The notes under the pieces: generated by a model
The model's database searches: none
What the model was told of the DNA's origin: nothing
The model's input: only the letters and a program-made list of their open reading frames with translations
From: Camelus dromedarius
Taxonomy: Eukaryota
NCBI RefSeq assembly: GCF_036321535.1
Contig: NC_087437.1
Coordinates: 86,616,001 to 86,680,000, forward strand
Length of the DNA: 64,000 bases
Direction of reading: 5' to 3'
Made by a program: the position numbers and the translations under genes
Shown here: positions 55,840 to 64,000 of the stretch, piece after piece
Numbering within the stretch: position 1 is the stretch's first letter
Layout of the letters: the number at the start of each line of letters is the position of its first letter

Positions 55840-57330
55840 AGTTCCAGTTCCTTCACCAGTTGCCTAATGAACATATTGTCTGGATGGATTCCATCACAGT
55901 GAAATTTAAATGATACCGAAGCAAGCATATTTCCCAACATGACTTAGTGTTTCTTATCAGATATCGTCTTTCCATTAAGTTCCCAGTCACTTAAGGGTTA
56001 AATCTTGGAGTCATCTTTGACCTACTCATTTCTTTCATTTAATTTTTTGGATATGAAGAACAGACTTTTACTTTTTGTCTCAAAATATTTTTCTCTCTCT
56101 CTCTCTCTTCTCTTATCACCCTCGTCAAATTCATTACCACTTATTCCTGGTTTTCAAGAGTAGTCCCCTAGTTTGCTTTTTTAATTCAGCTAGATTTATT
56201 CATTATTTCTGGCAAAATCTATGATTGGATGACAGTTTTATACATTGCTTCCCTACACAAAAGTCTCCATTCTCTTCTTTCTGTTATACTTAATATAATT
56301 TTCTTTCTGTCCAGTCATGGTATTTCTTCTAATCTAGCCCATCCCTACCTATTGCTTTCATTCAGTGGAAGCCTGTTACATTCCCTGTATTGCAAGACCC
56401 ATGCTCAACACCCACTTCTGTTCTTTGTCAGGTATTGTTTATCTCATCAAATATGCCCCCCCCCTTTAAAATCTGGCTATATTCTACCTATCTGTTAAAG
56501 GTCAAGCCATGATCTAGATTTTAATTAAGCCATTGTTGCCTGTATTACCTTGCCATAATTTTTTTTTCTCTTGTGAATTCTGACTATTCATTATATCATG
56601 GTTTTTTCATGCTTAATGATTTATGGTCAACCTCTTTTAACTCGACCACTTGCCACACCTACTGATGTTTACCTCTTTTGCTTTAGACATAACTTTTTTC
56701 TCTGACTATATTTTTATATACTATTTTCCTCAGCCAGCCTCTAAAATTTTGCAATTTTACATGACTCTATCTTTGGCATACTCTTGTATTAGCCCCCATC
56801 AATGTTTATTTTCTCACACAAGCACATTTAACCTTGAGGCTTCACAACCCACTAAAATTTGTTATCTCTAGCTATCATTTCTGTACTGCATTTTGACTTC
56901 ATATATCTAATTGTATACTAGACATTTTGATTTGAATAATACCTTGACATCTTAACTTCAAATGTATGCAAAACCAAATTCATAATTTTTCTTATCTCCA
57001 AACATATTCTTCCTTTGGCTTATTGTAGATTTTCTTTTCACCTAGATTCTGAAGTTAGAAAACTTTGGGTGGTCTTTGACAGCTTTCTCTTCTCTCATAG
57101 TTGACATACAATCACTTTCCAAATCTTGTCAATCCTACTTTGTACTTCACACGGTTCTCTAGTTTTCACACTTACTGCCATTAAAGGTTCAGAGTTCCAT
57201 CAACTCAGACACTTTTGATTGTGTATTTGTTTTTCTTTTTCTTTTTGTGTCTTTCTTGTCCCTCTCTAATTCCTGGTTAGCATGTTGGCTAGACTTACTA
57301 AGAACATATGTCATATTAGGCCACTTCCTT
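55840..57330. mobile_element. Degenerate L2 fragments
   Basis: 'aaatcttggagtcatctttgacc', 'gaaaactttgggtggtctttgacagctttctct', 'caatcactttccaaatcttgtcaatcctac'. Confidence 0.6.
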
Positions 57331-57341
57331 TCTGGAGTTCT

Positions 57342-57383
57342 TTTTTTTTTTTTTTTTTTTTTTGATGGGGGGAGGTAATTAGG
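57342..57383 (-). mobile_element. Extremely 5'-truncated Vic-1-type SINE (20 bp plus poly(A))
   Basis: Reverse complement CCTAATTACCTCCCCCCATC(A)~22 matches the tail of the SINE at 30733-30876. TSD tggagttct at 57333-57341 and 57384-57392. Confidence 0.88.
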
Positions 57384-57929
57384 TGGAGTTCTAATTTTGA
57401 GGCACAGATCATGATTCTCTTAAAAGAATACAACTAACCACAGAATTAGTGTTTAGCATCATTATATAGTTAATGTTAGCTTTTATCTAATTGAGTTATT
57501 AATACATTATTAATTAACACTATGTACATTCTTTACACTTTCATATTTCCATACAAATGCATGGAAGACAGTTGTGGACAAGAATGTGTAAAATTAAATA
57601 GTAACCTGATGAGGAAAACTGATAATTTCAGCATTATAAACCTAACAGATCTGAGTTTTATTGTCAAAGGGGATGAATTAGCAGCTAAGAAGCTAGTCTG
57701 GAAGCAGAAGTGGGAAGCAGATAGTCACTGACAACTGAAAATGTGTGAACTATTGTGAGATATTTCCTAATAAATCTGAAATATTTACATGTTGCTACAA
57801 TACCAAAATCTCTCTTGAAAGACACATATAAAATGGCTAATTTTGAAGTTTTTTCTATATATTGTATCTTAAGAAATTTTATTAAAGAAAACCTTCGCTA
57901 TGTTAAGATAAATATGGATTCTTTAATAT

Positions 57930-58116
57930 ATGTTCATAGTTGATAAGGAGACAGAGCTTCATGACCATCATCTACGTGGTCAAAGTCATCACTGAAAAAC
58001 TTAACATCTGAAACCTCTTGATTAGAAAAATCACATTCCTTCCTTATGAATTATTTGATATTTATGAACTTAGTTACAGAGTTAGTTTTTACCTATGTTT
58101 TCCAAAACATCTGGAG

Positions 58117-58152
<36 letters not shown>

Positions 58153-60170
58153 ATCTATTCCACAGTTAATGGATATTTGGGTGATTATTATATTTATCTT
58201 TTTGTAAACAACTAAGCCATGAGTACCTAGGTACGTTTCTCCTGGTGTACACGAGCAAAACATCTTCATAGTATATACCTATTAGTGATTTTTTTCAGGC
58301 CAAAAGTTGTATGGATCTTTTCCTTTATTCAATATTATCAACTTGTTTTTCAAAACAGTTGTACCAATGTTCTGCACTATCAACAGTGAATGCATTCTGA
58401 TTTTTTTCATCGTTGCAAATATTTCATATTGAGAGACTTTAATTTTTGCTAATCTGGTGGAAGGAAAATCTTATCTCAGATATTTTGCTTTCCCTTTATT
58501 TCTATTGAATTTGACTCCCTTTTGGTGTGGTTGCTGTGCATTATTTTTTTCCTTTTTCATAAAGTACCTATTAAATTCATTTGCCTGCTCTTTTTTGATT
58601 TTTCAAAGTCTCTTTCTTATAGATATTTGTGAGTTTAAAAATATATATTCTGGATGCTTATTCCTTTGTAAGTTTTATGCATTGTGCATATTTTCTTATT
58701 TTGTGAATTATTTTTTCATGTTCTCAACAGAAATTTATAGTTTCAATATATTCAAATTCTTCATATGTCTTTCCTGTATATTTTGTACTTTTTATGTAGA
58801 AAATCTTTCTCTACCACAAAGTTTACAGGTATATTTCTGTATTGGTTAAAAAGTTTAAAGCATTTAGTTTTTATACATGAGTCCTTAATCCATGAAGAAT
58901 TTTTATGGTGTGAGGTTGGTTTTATTTTATTTGTTCCATTTTATTCTCCATTTTCTGAAGTGGCTTACCTCTAGCAAAGACAGTCTGGTATGATATTAAA
59001 ATAATTATACCAGCATTCTTTCAATTTCAACTTGATGTATATATTTTCCCACATCTTAAAAAGGCTTTGTGTATCCTTATATTGTAGGCATGTATCAGAT
59101 AATGAATATATCTCTGATTTACCAACTACAGCCTTAAATTCTGTATTTTACTGAAGATGTAACTCATTTATATTTATCTTAATTAATTACTGGAATATTT
59201 GATTCATGCCTATTTTATTTTATACTTTACTTTGTACTTCATTTATGCCTTTTTGGATTAATTGTGTTATTTCCTGTCTACTTATTTCAATATTTTTCTC
59301 TACTAGTTGGACATATATATAGTATGTAAGTACCATATTTATAAGGTATTTATAATATTTTAAGAAATAGAAATTCTAATGTTCATACTAATTTTAATAA
59401 AGTTCACAGCAAAAACAAACAAAAAATGTGACAATGAATATATGTATGTTCATGTATAACTGAAAAATTGTACTCTACACTGGAATTTGATACATTATAA
59501 AATGACTATAACTCAATAAAAAAAGTTAAAAAAATAAAATAAAGTTCAATTAACTGTTAAAATTAATCAGTTCTCTTTCTCTTTGGAAAAATACTACCAT
59601 AATGACTTTCTTCCTAATGTGTATACTAGTCTATAATTTAGATATTATCAAATATACTTAATATTTGCTTAAATTTGCCCATACATTTACCAGTTTCTTT
59701 GCTTATTATTTCTTCTAGACTTTTCCTCTTGATCATTTTCCTTCTGTTTTAAGGATATCCTTTAAAATTTTGCTTGTGGAGAGCTTATTGCTAGTAACTC
59801 TCTTATTTTTGTCTGAAAATATGTCTATGTCATGCTTATTCCTGAAAGGCAATTTCCTCGAGAATATGTTCTAGGTGGACAATTACTTCTTTTCAGCACA
59901 TTCAAGATATAGTTTTACCTTCTTTTGTCTTTCACTGTTGTTGGCAAACTAGTCTTACGTTGCATTGTTGCAAATCATTTGTTTTTCTCTCTGGCTACTT
60001 TCAAGATCTTCTTTTTATTTTTGGTAATAAGCTATTTCACTCTCGTATATTTAGATGTATATTTATTTTTATTTATCCTAATTGAGATTCTTTGGACTTC
60101 CTGAATCTGAAGATTTACTTTCTTTTATTTGTTCTGAAACTTATCATCCATTATATTTTCATCTACCTGT
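57930..60170 (-). mobile_element. Old antisense L1ME fragments, including (TG)n at 58119-58149
   Basis: T-rich degenerate L1 text ('atggatatttgggtgatt', 'ttctaggtggacaattacttcttttcagcacattcaagatatag'). Confidence 0.7.
59407..59537 (+). mobile_element. Young ~130-bp L1 3' end with perfect 11-bp TSD
   Basis: 'gaatatatgtatgttcatgtataactgaaaaattgtactctacactggaatttga...actcaataaaaaaa'. TSD aataaagttca at 59396-59406 and 59538-59548, preceded by TTTT (L1 endonuclease site). Confidence 0.9.
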
Positions 60171-61254
60171 TGCTGCCTTATTGATTTATTGTATATGGTA
60201 TAGAAATCAACCAGAAAGAAGAAATTTTAAAAAATGTGATGGCAATACAAAAATTGGTTAAAGCATAATTTTTCAAGCAGTTAGAGTTACATTAATAAAA
60301 TAGGGAAATCAAGTTGAGAGATACTAGTCTCTGATTTCCATAGATGTGCATTCTAGGCAAGATGGCAGACATTTTTTTCTGTGCCTGAGCTTCATGGCAC
60401 TAATTAGTTCAATATTTTATTTGATGAAACTGTATACAAGCTTGAGCCTCCTCAAAAGATTGTTTCCTGAAAGCACCATTCAAACCACACAATCCTTGTC
60501 TATGTTTTATCATTTTGAACATTTCTTTGTTTATTTCATAAACTGTATATAAACTTTGCCAATATCATTATATAGTCATATCTAGGATTCCACGATATCT
60601 CACATAGCTATATTTTTATTTTGTATGCATTGTTATTGTATAGAAAATACCCACACACATAAATCTGTTTTTTTCTAAATGGGTCTTTAGTGGAGTATTG
60701 TAGTTGTTTACATCTGCAAAATCTGTGAATGTGCATGTGTTTAGCTATTTTTTGAAGACTCAAGATTTATATATATTTTAACTTATATGTGTAGTTCAAA
60801 CATTATGAACATTGTAGTAGGTGGCTAAGCAAAAATAAAACAACATGTAGAATGCATGTACCAAGTGTGATGTTCAGGGTGTTACTCCTCTCAAATCTCC
60901 CTTTTAGAAAAGAAGATAGTGGGATTCAGATACACACTGCTTTTTTACTACATAGAATTTAAAGTTTTTTTTTTTATATTCACAGTTATATTTAAGGTTT
61001 GATGTTTTATTGACTAAATAACAAATGCAAATTATTCTTAATATGAAAAATATGCAGAGGCATTACAAAATTTTGAAAGCAATTATAGATAATCCCTCTA
61101 CTGATTTGTCATTCTGTCCAGACTTGGTTTATTGGTTAAATTATATGTGAATTAGCTCAGAACACACATCTGCAATTCAGACAAATTAAAATATTTCAAA
61201 CAGAAATGTAGGTTAGTCAGTTTCTTTCTAAGGAAAATGATGTTTGAGTTCTTT

Positions 61255-62261
61255 TTTTTTCCTTTTTCAGTTTTATTAGGTAGAATTATTGCAGTTTGAC
61301 TGCACATACATGTTATATTGCATATAAATATATATATATAGTATATGGTACTTTTTTTAAGCTTACATATATGTACTGATTATTGTTTCTAAGAATAGAT
61401 TAGAGCTTTAGCTTTTTAAACTTACATGGTTATCAAAGGAATAAAGCCAACTACAAAATAAGAATTAACAGAGTACTGTAACCCAATCATAAAGGACAGT
61501 CAAATGTGCTTACACATATTCAAGAAATCAATCATCTTAGTTATAAATAATAAGTAGTTCATTTGTGTCATTATTATTGTTGTTATTATTTTTTAGATTC
61601 CTCATATAAATGATGTCATATGGCATTTTTCTTTCTCTTTCCACCCACTTCACTTAGAATGACAATCTTCAAGTCCATACATATTGCTGCAAATGGCATT
61701 ATTTTATTCTTTTTTATGGCTGAGTAACATTCCATTGTATATATGTACCACATCTTCTTTATCCAGTCATTTGTTGATGGACATTTGGGTTGCTTCCATG
61801 TCTTGGCTGTCGTAAATTGTGCTGCTATGAACATTGGGGTGCATGTGTCTTTTTGATTTTTACTTTTTTCTAGATATATGCCCAGGAGTGGGATTGCTTG
61901 ATCACATGGTAAGTCTATTTTCAGTTTTTTAAGGAACCTCCATACTATCCTCCACAGTGGCTGCACCAATCTACACTCTTACCAACAGTGTGGGAAGGTT
62001 CCCTTTTCTCCACACCCTCCCCAGCATCTATCATTTGGAGGCTTTTCAATGACGGCCATTCTGGCTGGTGTGAGGAGATATCTCATTGTAGTTTTGACTG
62101 CATTTCTCTGACAATTAACAATGCTGAGCATTTTTTCATGTGCCTATTGACCATTTATATGTCTTCATTGGGGAATTGCTTGTTTAGGTCTTCTGCTCAT
62201 TTTTGGATTGGGTTGCTTGTTTCTTTAATATTAAGGTGTATGAGCTGTTTGTATATTTTGG
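61255..62261 (-). mobile_element. 5'-truncated L1 with an atypical 3' UTR and perfect 13-bp TSD
   Basis: ORF2 C-terminal translation at 61616-61969 ([20 protein letters not shown]...CTPMFIAA...DWIKKMWYIYTME). TSD gtttgagttcttt at 61242-61254 and 62262-62274. Confidence 0.93.
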
Positions 62262-62989
62262 GTTTGAGTTCTTTCTTGAATTCTTGTGCCTTATCTTACA
62301 GGTACAGATTTGTCTTCCAATATAGTTCTTTTGGGATAGAATATCTCATTATTTTATTATATATTTCTACTCATAATTGTCTGATGAGTTAAATAACATT
62401 TAAAAATGTCTTGTTTAAGGATACATACTAAAACATGGGAAATTTTTATATGAAAACATGTATTTGAAATTTTTCTAAAAGAATGTCCCTATAAGTTGAA
62501 TTTCAAACCTGCCATTACTACTGGCTTCAAATCTACTCTTGTTTAATATTTGTAGAAGCTAAGAGAATGTTCAAGAGAATCAGTTTGGTTTTGGAAACTG
62601 AGAAGACAAAAGGCAGAGCAAGTATAAGAGGAAAAAAGAGATGCTTAGAAAAATATTGCCTATATGAATTATTTTTGGAGGGGCACTTTATTTTGATCCT
62701 TTGATTCCTTTATTTATTCACTCTGCAATGCAGATATATTTATTTTTACCATCTATATGCCATATGGTAGACATTAGTTCTTACCCTAAGGAAGGATAGT
62801 GACAGATAACACACCACTGCTGAGCTCAATGTTTTACATTTAACAACTGCTCGTTTTAATTCTGTTGTCTGATCTTTAGAGTAAATCACTCTTCTTTCTA
62901 ATTAAGAAAAACTACCAGCACATTTTTTTCCTTTTTTTACTTACTCTCAGTCTAAGTAGTTTTATCATCTGTTTGTCAGTCTTGCATTT

Positions 62990-63773
62990 TGTCAAAGAAA
63001 AATTGCACCAGATGGAGTTAAACAGACAAGGAAAAATTTATTCAAGATTTTTGCCATAGTTACCAAAAGGGAAAGGTCAAGGAAGGATAAATTAAGGGTT
63101 GGGGATTAACAGATACTTTACTATGTATAAAATAGATAAACAACAAGGATCTACTTTATAGCATAGGTAACTATATTCAATTTCTTGTAATAACATATAA
63201 TGGAAAATAACCTGAAATAAAATATATTTATATATGTATAACTGAATCACTTTGCTATACACCTGAAACTAACACTATAAATCAACTACACTTCAATAAC
63301 AAAAATTAAAAAAATAAAAAGACTATTGAGGTAGCGGTCAAGGCTAGGCAAGGGAGATTGAACTCAACTTCATGGAAATGACAGGGAGGAGAGTTTTAAC
63401 CAACGAGGAGTTTTAAGCCCTGGGGTGAGCTAGTGCTTGCAAACTGACCTTTACTGAAAAAGTTAGGCTCCTACCTTCCCTCAGAGACTGGGTCATAGGG
63501 GCCCTTTCCTGCTGCTTTCCTTTCCATTTGATTAGATAGTTACATTTCGAAGGGATGTTTCTCAGGTCCTTGAGAAAGATCTTGTTGGTTTGTAAAACTG
63601 ACAGGAGTCTGGGAAAAAATTTACATCTCAAAGGGGCAAAGAAAAAATTTACAATTGCAAGTTTTTCCTAAAGTAAATGCTGTTAACAAAAAGGAAGGTC
63701 AGGAGCCTCTAGTTAGGAAGAAATCTGTTTAAAATTTAGTCAAGCCAAGGGAAACATTAAGGTCATCTTGCCA
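62990..63773. mobile_element. ERV1-type solo LTR interrupted by an L1 3' fragment
   Basis: Begins 'tgtcaaagaaaaattgcaccagatggagttaaacagacaagg'; contains 'cagagactgggtcatagggg' and 'aggtccttgagaaag'. Confidence 0.65.
63060..63320 (+). mobile_element. L1 3' UTR fragment nested in the LTR
   Basis: 'ataaaatagataaacaacaaggatctactttatagcatagg...actgaatcactttgctatacacctgaaactaacac...cttcaataac'. Imperfect TSD at 63044-63059 and 63319-63334. Confidence 0.9.
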
Positions 63774-64000
63774 ATTGTACTGAATTAAACCTTGAACACA
63801 ATTAATAACATTTATGATGCAGCTAAAAATGAAGACTTGAATTCAAATTGGCCCAGGACTGAGTCCAAGGATCAATACATTAGCTTTAATCTTGAGAATG
63901 AAGTTGCTCTAGGAATGACGCTTGTTTAAAATGTACGTATTAACTGAAAAATAAAAGAAAAAGGAGATGTTAGAGAATCTTTCAAAAGTTGGATTTTTTT

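Overview
AT-rich, CpG-depleted mammalian genomic DNA, very probably camelid (Camelus/Vicugna), judged from a full tRNA-Ala-derived Vic-1-type SINE and artiodactyl-type L1 3' ends. Much of it is interspersed repeat (L1, L2, MIR, MaLR/ERV LTRs, MER5). I found no host-gene coding exons I can support and no prokaryotic-type system. The standout is a ~2.86 kb retrotransposed unit (6283-~9144). It is bounded by a target-site duplication (AAAGAATAAACC at 6271-6282 and 9145-9156) and ends in AATAAA plus an A-rich tail. In order it carries a 17-bp GC-box/MYB-site minisatellite, a diverged C2orf81 (DUF4639)-like coding region, and a 3' part built from ancient repeats. In the coding region, one retained 86-nt intron and an internal deletion have frame effects that cancel to give a single 417-codon ORF, whose C-terminus comes from an LTR fragment. 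Smaller oddities are an L1 whose 3' UTR is replaced by unrelated sequence, a 20-bp SINE remnant with poly(A) and a perfect TSD, and a perfect 53-bp tandem duplication. Repeat family names and C2orf81 comparisons are from memory, not database searches, and boundaries of old repeats are approximate.
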